A stretch of 64,000 bases of DNA, taken from an uncultured Oscillospiraceae bacterium. Lineage in GTDB: Bacteria > Bacillota > Clostridia > Oscillospirales > Oscillospiraceae. The translations under genes were made by a program, and so were the position numbers. Of this stretch, positions 1-9,064 are shown piece after piece. The notes below the pieces were generated by a model, which ran no database searches, had not been told where the DNA came from, and worked only from the letters and a program-made list of their open reading frames with translations. The stretch is taken from the NCBI GenBank assembly GCA_947599925.1, contig CANQFT010000004.1:59349-123348 (forward strand), in the 5' to 3' direction. Each line of letters starts with the position of its first letter. The stretch's first letter is position 1.

Positions 1-559
1 CCGCGATCAAGTAACCCAGCATGATCCCAATGAAGTTCATGATAATATCGTCTATGTCAAAGCTCCTGCCCACAATAGGCTGGACGATCTCGATCGCAAC
101 AGGTACGATCAATGCCAATTTCAATATGTTGCGCGCACTTGCTCTGTCTGTGACGAACGGGAAAAAGAAGCCCATTGGCATGAACATGAATAGATTTCCG
201 ACCAGCATTGTCTTGACCCAGCTGCCGAGCACGAGTTCTCCCCTCAAAACTTTCACGATCGAGGGGATAAAATTGAACCCGCCATTGAACAGCTTTATTT
301 CGATCCCGCTGTACCCGACAAAAATATTTGCCCAAATATGGGACCAAAAGTTGCCGGGAACAAGGGTCAAGTTGACCAGTCCTGTTAAGTAACAGACGAA
401 CAGTCCTCTGGCGATCTCCACGCCCCATCTGGTAGAAACTTGATGTCTCTTAATATAAATGCACCTTAAAACGGCATACATGAGCCCAACTGCGAGCGCA
501 ATCGGCACAACTTGTAAAAATTTTGCCCAGACTCCTCCTGATGCCAACAGTCGATACAT
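1..559 (-). CDS. VanZ-like family membrane protein (3' end runs off the left window edge)
   Basis: Manual translation of the minus strand from ATG 559..557 gives MYRLLASGGVWAKFLQVVPIALAVGL...PVAIEIVQPIVGRSFDIDDIIMNFIGIMLGYLIA with no stop before position 1. The E..Q....GR.fD.dD...N..G..lGy C-terminal motif and multiple TM segments are typical of VanZ. It is not in the ORF track because it has no in-window stop. Confidence 0.75.
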   Translation of the reverse strand, partial: MYRLLASGGVWAKFLQVVPIALAVGLMYAVLRCIYIKRHQVSTRWGVEIARGLFVCYLTGLVNLTLVPGNFWSHIWANIFVGYSGIEIKLFNGGFNFIPSIVKVLRGELVLGSWVKTMLVGNLFMFMPMGFFFPFVTDRASARNILKLALIVPVAIEIVQPIVGRSFDIDDIIMNFIGIMLGYLIA

Positions 560-663
560 CGAATTGATCCCCCTCAAGTCGATTGCCCTTACCCTCAAAT
601 TTTTTCGCCGAGCCTTCCCGCCGGTCCCCACACGGCTGGCGCCGTGCGGGGTCCCCTCAGATC

Positions 664-691
664 AAAATGCTCGGGGCGGCGGAGCCGCCCC
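664..691 (-). terminator. Duplicated copy of the alaS terminator hairpin
   Basis: ggggcggc-gga-gccgcccc stem-loop (673-691) with an a-run at 664-667 (a U-run on the minus strand). Identical to 883-910. Confidence 0.5.
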
Positions 692-882
692 TGCGCGGTT
701 CCGCCGCAAAGCGGCGAAACCTACGCGCCACTGGGCGCGGCGGCCAGAAGGCCGCTGGGCGGCGGTTCAGCCCAGCTTCATGGACACGAAGTTGTCCACC
801 ATCGCCAGGGCGTTGTCCACCATCAGCGGGTCTTTGCCGCCGGTCCCCACACGGCTGGCGCCGTGCGGGGTCCCCTCAGATC

Positions 883-910
883 AAAATGCTCGGGGCGGCG
901 GAGCCGCCCC
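883..910 (-). terminator. Rho-independent terminator of alaS
   Basis: 8-bp GC stem (892-899 / 903-910) with a 3-nt loop, followed on the minus strand by GAGCAUUUU. It lies 76 nt after the alaS stop. Confidence 0.6.
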
Positions 911-985
911 TGCGCGGTTCCGCCGCAAAGCGGCGAAACCTACGCGCCACTGGGCGCGGCGGCCAGAAGGCCGCTGGGCGGCGGT

Positions 986-3676
986 TCAGCCCAGCTTCAT
1001 AGACACGAAGTTGTCCACCATCGCCAGGGCGTTGTCCACCATCAGCGGGTCTTTCCCGCCGCCCATGGCGGACTGGGGCTTGCCGCCGCCGGAGCCGCCG
1101 GCGACGGCGGAGACCTGCTTGACGATGTCCCCGGCCTTGACGCCCATCTTCACCGCCTCGTCGCCGCAGACGGCCAGGAAGGTGATCTTGCCGTCGTTGA
1201 CGCCGGCCAGCACGGCGCAGAGCTTGGGGTCCTTGTCCCGGAGCACATCCCCCATCTGGCGGAGCTTGGCGCCGTCGGCGTCGGGCACGGTGGCGGTGAG
1301 GACTTTCAGGCCCTTTACCTCGTGGGCGGAGAAGAGGATGTTCTCCACCTCGCCCGCGGCGGCCTTGGCCTTGAGCTTGTCCAGATCGTGCCGGAGCCCC
1401 CGCAGTTCCTCGGCCACCTGTACGGCCTTGTCCCGCAGTTCGCCGGGCTTGGCCTTCAGCGCGGCGGCGGCCTCAAAGATCAGCTGCTGGTTCTTGTTCA
1501 TGGCCTCCAGGGACGCCAGGCCGGTGGTGGCCTCGATGCGGCGCACGCCGCTGGCCACGGAGAACTCCGCCTCCACGCGGAACAGCCCGGCCTTGGCGGT
1601 GTTGTCCAGATGGGTGCCGCCGCAGAACTCCACGGAGAAGGCCGGGCCCTGGGCGGTGGGCTGGCCCATGGTGACCACCCGCACCGTGTCGCCGTACTTC
1701 TCGCCGAAGAGGGCGATGGCGCCGCGCTCCTTGGCCTCCTCGATGGGCAGGACCTCGGTCCGCACCTCGTAGCCCGCCAGGATGGCGCCGTTGACGGCGG
1801 TGACCACATCGGCCAGCTCCTCCGGGGTCATGGCGGAGAAGTGGGTGAAGTCAAAGCGCAGGCGGTCGGGCTCCACCAGGGAACCGGCCTGGTGGACGTG
1901 GTCCCCCAGCACCATACGCAGGGCCGCGTCCAGCAGATGGGTGGCGGAGTGGGCCCGCATGATGGCGTGGCGGCGACCCTGGTCGATGGCGGCGCTCACC
2001 TGGTCGCCGACTTTCAGGGCGCCGGAGCGGACCACGCCGTAGTGCATATACTTGCCGCCCTTGTTCTTCTGCACGTCCCGGACCTCAAAGACGGCGGAGC
2101 CGTGGGAGATCACGCCGTGGTCGGCCACCTGTCCGCCCATCTCGGCGTAGAAGGGGGTCTTGTCCAGCACCACGATGCCCTCCACGCCGGGCATCAGCTC
2201 CTCGGCCTGCTCGTTTTCCACCACCAGCGCCACGACCTTCGCGCCCTCCACGGCGGTCTGGTCGTAGCCCACAAACGCCGTCTCCGGCACCTCCTTGCCG
2301 AACTCCACACCGGCCCAGCCCAGGTCGCCCAGGGCCTCTCTGGCCTTGCGGGCCCGGACCTTCTGCTCCTCCATCAACGCCTGGAAGCCCTTCTCGTCCA
2401 CGCTCATGCCCGCGTCCTGGGCCATCTCAAGGGTCAGGTCGATGGGGAAGCCATAGGTGTCGTAGAGTTTGAAGGCGTCGGCGCCGGAAAAGACGCTCTC
2501 GCCCTTGCCCTTGTGCTGGGCCAGCATCTCGCTGAAAATGGCCAGGCCGCCGTTCAGGGTCCGGGCGAAGTTCTCCTCCTCGGTGCGGATGACCTTGACG
2601 ATATAGTCCCGCCGCTCCCGCAGTTCCGGGTAGTGGCCCTGGTTTTCGTGGATGACCGTGTCGCAGACTTCAAAGAGGAAGGGGTCGTCCATGCCCAGCA
2701 GTTTGCCGTGGCGGGCGGCCCGGCGGAGCAGACGGCGCAGAACGTAGCCCCGGCCCTCGTTGGAGGGGAGGACGCCGTCGCAGATCATAAAGGTGGCCGA
2801 GCGGATGTGGTCGGTGATGACCCGCAGAGACACGTCCTTGGCCGCGCTCTCGCCGTAGTGGGCGCCGGTGAGGTCGCTGACCTTGTGGGTGATGTTCATC
2901 ACCGTGTCCACATCGAAGAGGCTGTCCACATTCTGGCACACCACCGCCAGCCGCTCCAGGCCCATGCCCGTGTCGATGTTCTTCTGCTTGAGTTCGGTGT
3001 AGTGGTCGTTGCCGTCGTTGTCGAACTGGGAAAAGACGATGTTCCAGACCTCGATATACCGGTCGCAGTCACAGCCCACGGTACAGCCGGGCTTGCCGCA
3101 GCCGTACTTCTCGCCCCGGTCGTAGTAGATCTCCGAGCAGGGCCCGCAGGGGCCGGAGCCGTGCTCCCAGAAGTTGTCCGCCTTGCCGAACTTGAAGATG
3201 CGCTCGGCGGGGATGCCGATGTCCTCGTTCCAGATGCGGAAGGCCTCCTCGTCGGCGGGAGTGGTCTCGTTGCCCTCAAAGACGGAGGGGTAGAGGCGGT
3301 CGGGGTCCAGACCCACCCACTCCGGGCTGGTGAGAAATTCCCAGGCCCAGCGGATGGCCTCTTTCTTGAAGTAGTCGCCAAAGGAGAAGTTGCCCAGCAT
3401 CTCGAAGTAGGTGCCGTGGCGGGCGGTGTGGCCGATGTTCTCGATGTCCCCGGTGCGGATGCACTTCTGGCAGGTGGTAACCCGGTGGCGGGGCGGCTCC
3501 TTTTCGCCGGTGAAGTAGGGTTTCATGGGGGCCATGCCGGAGTTGATGAGCAGCAAGGACGCGTCGTCCTGGGGGATGAGGGAGAAGCTGGGCAGGCGGA
3601 GGTGCTCCTTGGTCTCGAAGAATTTCAGGAACATCTCCCGCAGTTCGTTCACGCCGAAAAACTTGGGCTCAGACAT
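986..3676 (-). CDS. alaS: Alanine--tRNA ligase
   Basis: 896-aa ORF with a full-length AlaRS signature (FFETKEHLRLPSFSLIP..., class II core, HSATHLL editing motif, C-terminal DHHA1-like GGGGKP). Confidence 0.97.
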   Translation of the reverse strand: MSEPKFFGVNELREMFLKFFETKEHLRLPSFSLIPQDDASLLLINSGMAPMKPYFTGEKEPPRHRVTTCQKCIRTGDIENIGHTARHGTYFEMLGNFSFGDYFKKEAIRWAWEFLTSPEWVGLDPDRLYPSVFEGNETTPADEEAFRIWNEDIGIPAERIFKFGKADNFWEHGSGPCGPCSEIYYDRGEKYGCGKPGCTVGCDCDRYIEVWNIVFSQFDNDGNDHYTELKQKNIDTGMGLERLAVVCQNVDSLFDVDTVMNITHKVSDLTGAHYGESAAKDVSLRVITDHIRSATFMICDGVLPSNEGRGYVLRRLLRRAARHGKLLGMDDPFLFEVCDTVIHENQGHYPELRERRDYIVKVIRTEEENFARTLNGGLAIFSEMLAQHKGKGESVFSGADAFKLYDTYGFPIDLTLEMAQDAGMSVDEKGFQALMEEQKVRARKAREALGDLGWAGVEFGKEVPETAFVGYDQTAVEGAKVVALVVENEQAEELMPGVEGIVVLDKTPFYAEMGGQVADHGVISHGSAVFEVRDVQKNKGGKYMHYGVVRSGALKVGDQVSAAIDQGRRHAIMRAHSATHLLDAALRMVLGDHVHQAGSLVEPDRLRFDFTHFSAMTPEELADVVTAVNGAILAGYEVRTEVLPIEEAKERGAIALFGEKYGDTVRVVTMGQPTAQGPAFSVEFCGGTHLDNTAKAGLFRVEAEFSVASGVRRIEATTGLASLEAMNKNQQLIFEAAAALKAKPGELRDKAVQVAEELRGLRHDLDKLKAKAAAGEVENILFSAHEVKGLKVLTATVPDADGAKLRQMGDVLRDKDPKLCAVLAGVNDGKITFLAVCGDEAVKMGVKAGDIVKQVSAVAGGSGGGKPQSAMGGGKDPLMVDNALAMVDNFVSMKLG

Positions 3677-3731
3677 GGGTATCTCTCCTTACGCGAAAAT
3701 TTTTTTGACTTTTTGGGGATGGTGGGGCCGT

Positions 3732-3900
3732 AAAAAAGCGCTCCGCCCCTGCCGTCAGGGACGAAGCGCACGCTCCGCGGTACCACCCAGATTGCCCTTG
3801 CGGGCCACTTTTCATCCGATAACGGGGATGGGGCGTCCGGCTCGTCGCCGGCGGCTCGGGGTTGGCGGCCCGTCATCGCCAATTTGTCCTATCGGGGTCC
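3732..3900 (-). promoter_or_regulatory. T-box riboswitch leader of alaS
   Basis: Minus-strand sense carries the conserved T-box sequence CUGGGUGGUACCGCGG (plus-strand 3775-3790). It is followed by terminator GCGCUUCGUCCC-UGACGGCA-GGGGCGGAGCGC-UUUUUU (3732-3769). Confidence 0.85.
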
Positions 3901-3901
3901 T

Positions 3902-3930
3902 ATTTTAGCGGGAAACAGGCGGATTGTCAA
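3902..3930 (-). promoter_or_regulatory. Sigma-A type promoter for the alaS leader
   Basis: Minus strand TTGACA (3930-3925), 17-nt spacer, TAAAAT (3907-3902). The -35 overlaps the stop codon of the upstream acyltransferase gene. Confidence 0.5.
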
Positions 3931-5018
3931 GGTTCTCCCCGCTTTTTTCCAAAAAGGATGGGGGAACTCTGCCCTGCCATGACCCGGCACAGCCCCGGAA
4001 CGCTGCCCAGCGCCAGGGCGCCCAGCACGCACGCGCCCAGCACCGCGGCGTAGAGAAACAGCTGCTGGGGGACGGTGGCCGGGGCGTAGAGCCCGGTGTA
4101 CCGGAACCAAAGCCCCTGGGCCACCATCACGGCCAGCGGATGGGCCAGATAGACCGCGAAGGAACAGCCCGACAGGGCCAGGAGCGCCGGCGAGCGGGTC
4201 TCCCGTCGGCCCCAGAGGGACTTGAAGAGCAAAAACATCCCCGCGCTCCGCAGGGCGGTGAACACCGTCAGGTAGTCGGTGAACCGGCCCGACCAGCCGC
4301 CCAGGGAAAAGCTGTCCCAGGCGCACAGGAGCCCCGTCAAAACGGCGGAGACGGCGGCGCCCCAGAGCAGGAGCCTCCGGCTGGGCAGCCGCTCCAGCCG
4401 GTCCAGATAGGCGCCCAGCAGAAAATAGCCCAAATAGCCGCCCACGGCGTTCAGATTCATGGTGGGGTGCTCTGTGAAGAGGGTCTGCCATCCGCCCTGG
4501 GGCAAAAAGCTCCGCAGTGTGGCCAGGCCGATGGTCAGACCCAGCCAGAGCCCCAGGACGTACCGCCAGCGCCGGCGGTCGAATCGGTCCGCCATGGGCT
4601 TCAGCGCCGGGATGAGCAGATACATGGGGATGAGGGCGTAGAGAAACCAGTAGGCCACGTTCACCGGCGTGCCCAGGACCCCTTTCAGCGCGGTCCGGGC
4701 CCCGGCGGCGTCTCCTTTTATCAACCACTGGTAGAGCAGGACCAGCCCGCTCCACACCGCCAGAGGCGGCAACACCTTCCCCACGCGGCGGCGCAGCACA
4801 TATCCGGGCGCGTCCTTGGCGCCCGGCGCCAGGGCCAGCGCGCCCGACATCATAAAAAACAGCGGCACCGCCAGCACGGAAAAGACGTTCACCGCGCAGG
4901 ACATGGCCCACAAAGGCCGGTTGGAGAGGTCGTAAAAGGAGCTGGAGGCGGTGTGGAGATAGACCACCGCGCACATACTCAGCACCCGCAACAGATCGAG
5001 ATCCAGCCGTCGCTTCAT
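3927..5018 (-). CDS. Acyltransferase family 3 (OatA-like) integral membrane protein
   Basis: The part of track ORF 3927..5411 from MKRRLDLDLLRVLSMCAVVYLHT onward is a typical acyltransferase_3 N-terminus with about 10 TM segments. Start moved to ATG 5018 (GGGAG RBS, 9 nt after the recR stop). Confidence 0.85.
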   Translation of the reverse strand: MKRRLDLDLLRVLSMCAVVYLHTASSSFYDLSNRPLWAMSCAVNVFSVLAVPLFFMMSGALALAPGAKDAPGYVLRRRVGKVLPPLAVWSGLVLLYQWLIKGDAAGARTALKGVLGTPVNVAYWFLYALIPMYLLIPALKPMADRFDRRRWRYVLGLWLGLTIGLATLRSFLPQGGWQTLFTEHPTMNLNAVGGYLGYFLLGAYLDRLERLPSRRLLLWGAAVSAVLTGLLCAWDSFSLGGWSGRFTDYLTVFTALRSAGMFLLFKSLWGRRETRSPALLALSGCSFAVYLAHPLAVMVAQGLWFRYTGLYAPATVPQQLFLYAAVLGACVLGALALGSVPGLCRVMAGQSSPILFGKKRGEP

Positions 5019-5026
5019 CTCCCGCC

Positions 5027-5635
5027 TCACATTTCCCGGCGGCCTTCCAGGGCCCGCATCAGCGTGGCGTCGTCGGCGAACTCCAAGTGCCCGCCCACGG
5101 GCACGCCGTAGGCCAGCCGGGTCACGGTCACGCCAAAGGGCTTCAACAGCCGGGAGAGGTACATGGCCGTGGCCTCGCCCTCGGTGTCCGGGTTGGTGGC
5201 CATGATCACCTCGCGGACCGTTCCCTGGCCCACCCGTTCCAGCAGTTCCTTGACGGTCAGATCGTCCGGGCCGATGTGGTTCATGGGGGAGATGACCCCG
5301 TGGAGGACGTGGTAGAGCCCGTGGTACTCCTGGCCCCGCTCCAGGGCGGCCACATCCCGCGCCTCGGCCACCACGCAGACGGTGGAGCCGTCCCGCCGGG
5401 AACTGGCGCACAGGGCGCAGGGGCCGTCGCCCTCGGAAAAATTCTGGCAGACCGGGCAGCGGTGTATCTCGCCCTTGGCGGTCAGCAGCGCCTGGGCGAA
5501 GGCGTTGACCTGCTCCTCGCTCTGGCCCAGCACGAAAAAGGCCAGGCGCTGGGCGGATTTGCGCCCCACGCCGGGCAGCCGGGCAAACTGCTCCACCAGC
5601 GCGTCCAGGGCGGGCGGGAAGGCTTGGTTAGACAT
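5027..5635 (-). CDS. recR: Recombination protein RecR
   Basis: LPGVGRKSAQRLAFF HhH motif, CPVCQN...CALC zinc finger, Toprim domain. Start set at ATG 5635 (GAGAGGTG RBS), which overlaps the rpe stop by 8 nt. Confidence 0.95.
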   Translation of the reverse strand: MSNQAFPPALDALVEQFARLPGVGRKSAQRLAFFVLGQSEEQVNAFAQALLTAKGEIHRCPVCQNFSEGDGPCALCASSRRDGSTVCVVAEARDVAALERGQEYHGLYHVLHGVISPMNHIGPDDLTVKELLERVGQGTVREVIMATNPDTEGEATAMYLSRLLKPFGVTVTRLAYGVPVGGHLEFADDATLMRALEGRREM

Positions 5636-6305
5636 GGACAGCACCTCTCAACTGGGCGATGGCGGCGGCCCGGTCCGGTTTTTTGAAGATGGCGGTCCCC
5701 GCCACAAAGACGTCGGCCCCCGCCTGGGCGCACAGGACGATGGTGTTCACGTCGATGCCGCCGTCCACCTCCAAATGGCGTCCGGGCCGCTGATGGTCCA
5801 TCAGGTCCCGGAGGCGGCGGATGCTCTCCAGACGGTGGGGCAAAAAGCTCTGTCCGCCCCTGCCGGGCTCCACGGTCATCACCATCACCTGGTCCAGCCG
5901 GCCCAGCCAGGGCAGCACGGCCTCCGGGTCGGTGGCGGGCTTGATGGCCATGCCCTTCTTCACCCAGGGAAAGGCGTCCAGCGCGTCCAGACAGCGGTCC
6001 GCGTCCCCGTCCGCGCAGGCTTCCAGATGGAACGTCACCGACCCGCCATATTGCGGGGAGAGGCACCGGGCAAAGTTCTCCACATGGTCCAGCGGGTTGG
6101 ACACCATCAGATGGATGTCCAGCGGATGGGGCGTGGAGCACTGGATGAGGGTCTCCACGATGGGGTAGCCGTAGGTGAGGTTGGGCACAAAGTGCCCGTC
6201 CATCACGTCTACGTGGAGCCAATCGGCGGTCCGGATGCTCTCTACCTCACGTCCCAGATGCCGGAAGTTGGCGGACAGCAGCGAGGGGGAGATGATCGGT
6301 TTCAT
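5628..6305 (-). CDS. rpe: Ribulose-phosphate 3-epimerase
   Basis: MKPIISPSLLSANF...DWLHVDVMDGHFVPN...MTVEPGRGGQSF...VDGGI motifs. Start at ATG 6305 with an AAAGGAG RBS. The upstream part of the track ORF is a GC-rich extension. Confidence 0.93.
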   Translation of the reverse strand: MKPIISPSLLSANFRHLGREVESIRTADWLHVDVMDGHFVPNLTYGYPIVETLIQCSTPHPLDIHLMVSNPLDHVENFARCLSPQYGGSVTFHLEACADGDADRCLDALDAFPWVKKGMAIKPATDPEAVLPWLGRLDQVMVMTVEPGRGGQSFLPHRLESIRRLRDLMDHQRPGRHLEVDGGIDVNTIVLCAQAGADVFVAGTAIFKKPDRAAAIAQLRGAVHV

Positions 6306-6441
6306 AGGGGCACTCCTTTTTGGTTCGGCATAGGATGGTGCAAGCGGCTCGGCTCCCGGGACGGCGGCAGGTTCCCCAAAGCCGCCCACGGCGCTTGCCC
6401 GCCGCTACGACCCGGCTGTGGCCTGCCGCACAGAAGATATA

Positions 6442-6471
6442 GCCCCTCGGTGACGCCTGTTGCCGAGGGGC
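6442..6471 (-). terminator. Putative terminator hairpin after ilvA
   Basis: gcccctcgg / ccgaggggc 9-bp stem. The downstream minus-strand sequence is only moderately U-rich. Confidence 0.4.
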
Positions 6472-6480
6472 CTTGGTCGT

Positions 6481-7704
6481 TCAGGTGTAAAAGTCCGCGG
6501 TGCTGACCTCGCGGGCCTGGTAGCCGCTCCTGCCCAGCGCGTCCAGGATGGACGCCTTGTGCTCGTGGCCAAAGGCCTCCAGCGTCACCTTCAGCTCCAC
6601 GGCGCTCTGGCGGTTGATGGAGATGAACTGGTTGTGTTCCAGCTTGATGACGTTGCCCTTTTCCCCGGCCACGATCTCCGCGACCCGCAGCAGCTCGCCC
6701 GGACGGTCGGGCAGCAGCACCGAGAAGGTAAAGACCCTGCCCCGGTTGATGAGCCCGTGCTGGACAAGAGAGGACATGGTGATCACGTCCATGTTGCCGC
6801 CGGAGAGGACGCTCACCACATTCTTGTCCCGGCAGTCCAGGTGGTTCAGGGCGGCGATGGTGAGCAGTCCGGCGTTCTCCACCACCATCTTGTGCTTTTC
6901 CATCATGTCCAAAAAGGCGTCCACCAGCTCGGTGTCGTCGATGGTGAGGATGCCGTCCACATTCTCCTGGATGTAGGGGAACACCACGTCTCCCACGGTC
7001 TTGACCGCCACGCCGTCGGCGATGGTGTCCACGCTGTCCAGGGTGACGGGGTGGCCCGCCTCCAGCGCGGCCTTCATGGACGCGGCGCCCGCGGGCTCCA
7101 CGCCGATGACCTTCACGTTGGGGTTGAGCAGTTTGGTCAGGGTGGCCACCCCCGCGCACAGCCCGCCGCCGCCCACGGGCACCAGGATCAGGTCCACATC
7201 GGGCAGGTCGGAGAAGATCTCATAGGCGATGGTGCCCTGGCCGGTGGCCACGTCCGCGTCGTTGAAGGGCGGGATGTAGGTCAACCCCTGTGCCTCCACC
7301 AACTCCTGGGCCTTGGCCGCCGCGTCGTCAAAGGTCGCGCCGTGGAGCACCACCTCCGCGCCCAGGCCCTTGGTGTTGTTCACCTTCACCAGCGGCGTGG
7401 TGGTGGGCATGACGATCACGGCCCTGCAGCCCGCGGCTCTGGCGGCGTAGGCCACGCCCTGGGCGTGGTTGCCCGCCGAGGCGGTGATGAGCCCGCGGGC
7501 CTTCTCCTCGTCGGAGAGGGTGCTGACCTTGTAGTAAGCGCCGCGTATCTTGTAGGCGCCGGTTACCTGCAGGTTCTCCGGCTTGAGGTACACATGGTTG
7601 CCGCAGGCGGCGGAGAAGGCGGGGGAGTGGACCAGATGGGTGGGGGTGATGACCCCGTCCAGCACCCGCCGCGCGGATTTGAAAGCGTCCAACGTCATTG
7701 CCAT
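6481..7704 (-). CDS. ilvA: Threonine ammonia-lyase (threonine dehydratase) with C-terminal ACT-like domain
   Basis: 407 aa. Carries the PLP-lysine motif ENLQVTGAYKIRGA, SAGNHAQGVA and a GGGGL loop. Confidence 0.93.
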   Translation of the reverse strand: MAMTLDAFKSARRVLDGVITPTHLVHSPAFSAACGNHVYLKPENLQVTGAYKIRGAYYKVSTLSDEEKARGLITASAGNHAQGVAYAARAAGCRAVIVMPTTTPLVKVNNTKGLGAEVVLHGATFDDAAAKAQELVEAQGLTYIPPFNDADVATGQGTIAYEIFSDLPDVDLILVPVGGGGLCAGVATLTKLLNPNVKVIGVEPAGAASMKAALEAGHPVTLDSVDTIADGVAVKTVGDVVFPYIQENVDGILTIDDTELVDAFLDMMEKHKMVVENAGLLTIAALNHLDCRDKNVVSVLSGGNMDVITMSSLVQHGLINRGRVFTFSVLLPDRPGELLRVAEIVAGEKGNVIKLEHNQFISINRQSAVELKVTLEAFGHEHKASILDALGRSGYQAREVSTADFYT

Positions 7705-7751
7705 GAAACCATCGCTCCTTGCGTATCAAACATAAAACCACATTCTCCCTT

Positions 7752-7780
7752 ATTTTATCCGCCAAAAGCCCCGTTGTCAA
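7752..7780 (-). promoter_or_regulatory. Sigma-A type promoter upstream of ilvA
   Basis: Minus strand TTGACA (7780-7775), 17 nt, TAAAAT (7757-7752). Confidence 0.5.
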
Positions 7781-7807
7781 CCGCTGTTCTCGCCAAAGAC
7801 ATGGCCC

Positions 7808-7836
7808 TTGACACCCGGCGTTTCCGGCGGTAAAAT
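7808..7836 (+). promoter_or_regulatory. Sigma-A type promoter upstream of telA
   Basis: TTGACA (7808-7813), 17 nt, TAAAAT (7831-7836). Confidence 0.5.
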
Positions 7837-7899
7837 GAATCGTTGAGAAAAATGGGACGCGGCCTCGGGCCGGACCCAGCGCGGAAAGGATGAAACGCC

Positions 7900-9063
7900 G
7901 TGACCGATGAAAACATGACCCCGGAGCTGACCCTCACCCCTGACCTGACCGCCTCCGCCGCGGTCCAGGTCCCCGCCGCCCCCGCCGCGCCGGACGCCGC
8001 CGCGGTCCAGGCCAAGCGGGACCAGACCGCCGTCAAGCTGGACGAGTCCGTGCTGTCCGACGCGGAGCGGAAGATGGTGGACGACTTCGCCCAGAAGATC
8101 GACATCACCGACTCCGCCGCCATCCTCCAGTACGGCGCCGCCGCCCAGAAGAACGTCGCCGCCTTCTCGGAGAGCACCCTCAACACCGTCAGGACCAAGG
8201 ACCTGGGCCAGATCGGGGACACCCTGTCCTCCCTTGTGGTGGAGCTCAAGGGCTTTTCCAAGCCGGAGAAGAAAGGCGTTTTCGGCTGGTTCCAGAAAAA
8301 GCACAGCGAGCTGGAGGAGATGAAGGCCGGCTACGCCAAGGCCGAGGCCAACGTGGACAAGATCAGCGGGATCCTGGAGGACCACCAGGTGACCTTGATG
8401 AAAGACATCGCCATGCTGGACCAGATGTATGAGCTGAACGCCAAGTACCAAAAGGAGCTGACCATGTATATCCTGGCGGGCAAAAAGCGGCTGGAGCAGG
8501 TCCGCTCCACGGAGCTGGAGGAACTGAAAACCAAGGCCGCCTCCGGCACCCAGGAGGATGCCCAGGCCTACCACGACATGGCCAACTTCTGCACCCGCTT
8601 TGAAAAGAAGCTCCACGACCTGGAACTCACCCGCATGGTCTCGGTGCAGATGGGTCCCCAGACCCGGATGCTCCAGAACAACGATGCCCTGATGCTGGAG
8701 AAGATCCAGTCCTCGCTGGTGAACACCATCCCCCTCTGGAAGTCCCAGATGGTCCTGGCCCTGGGGCTGGAGCACGCCAAGGAGGCCACCCAGGCCCAGA
8801 ACGCCGTCACCCAGATGACCAACGAGCTGTTGCAGCAAAACGCCGATATGCTCCACATGGGCACCGTGGAGGCCGCCAAGGAGTCCGAGCGGGGCGTGGT
8901 GGACATCGAGACCCTGCAGCACACCAACCAGCAGCTCATCTCCACGCTGGACGAGGTGATGCAGATCCAGGAGGAGGGCCGCCGGAAGCGGGCCGAGGCC
9001 GAGGCCGAGCTGGGCCGCATCGAGGGCGAGCTGAAGCAAAAGCTGTTGGAGTTGAAAGGCTGA
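7900..9063 (+). CDS. telA: Toxic anion resistance protein, TelA family
   Basis: 387 aa, coiled-coil-rich, with typical TelA core (ILQYGAAAQ...FSE..L...R.KD.G..G..L..L). GTG start at 7900; an in-frame ATG at 7915 is an alternative. Confidence 0.88.
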   Translation: MTDENMTPELTLTPDLTASAAVQVPAAPAAPDAAAVQAKRDQTAVKLDESVLSDAERKMVDDFAQKIDITDSAAILQYGAAAQKNVAAFSESTLNTVRTKDLGQIGDTLSSLVVELKGFSKPEKKGVFGWFQKKHSELEEMKAGYAKAEANVDKISGILEDHQVTLMKDIAMLDQMYELNAKYQKELTMYILAGKKRLEQVRSTELEELKTKAASGTQEDAQAYHDMANFCTRFEKKLHDLELTRMVSVQMGPQTRMLQNNDALMLEKIQSSLVNTIPLWKSQMVLALGLEHAKEATQAQNAVTQMTNELLQQNADMLHMGTVEAAKESERGVVDIETLQHTNQQLISTLDEVMQIQEEGRRKRAEAEAELGRIEGELKQKLLELKG

Positions 9064-9064
9064 T

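Larger units (their letters stand above)
621..1058. repeat. Tandem direct duplication, 2 x 219 bp (621-839 and 840-1058), covering the last ~73 nt of alaS plus its downstream terminator region
   Basis: Head-to-tail copies. The only differences seen are g782/a1001 and g836/c1055. The tca stop complement occurs at 767-769 and at 986-988. Confidence 0.95.

Noticed and set aside
21-428. Track ORFs 21..392 (+) and 57..428 (-) at the left edge
   Set aside because: Neither resembles a real protein. A different minus-strand frame (1..559) gives an uninterrupted VanZ-like sequence with the family's C-terminal motif.
621-1058. CRISPR array or other defence-type repeat (also considered for 47584..47770)
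   Set aside because: There are only two long (219-bp) contiguous copies with no spacers. The other repeat block is in-frame coding sequence. No cas genes lie anywhere in the window.
644-3733. 1029-aa plus-strand ORF (and overlapping ORFs 459..1772 and 583..1002) covering the alaS region
   Set aside because: It is antisense to a full-length, unmistakable AlaRS. The product is Gly/Ala/Val/His/Leu-rich low-complexity sequence, typical of stop-poor antisense frames in very GC-rich DNA. The repeated peptide in 459..1772 and 583..1002 simply reflects the 219-bp DNA duplication.
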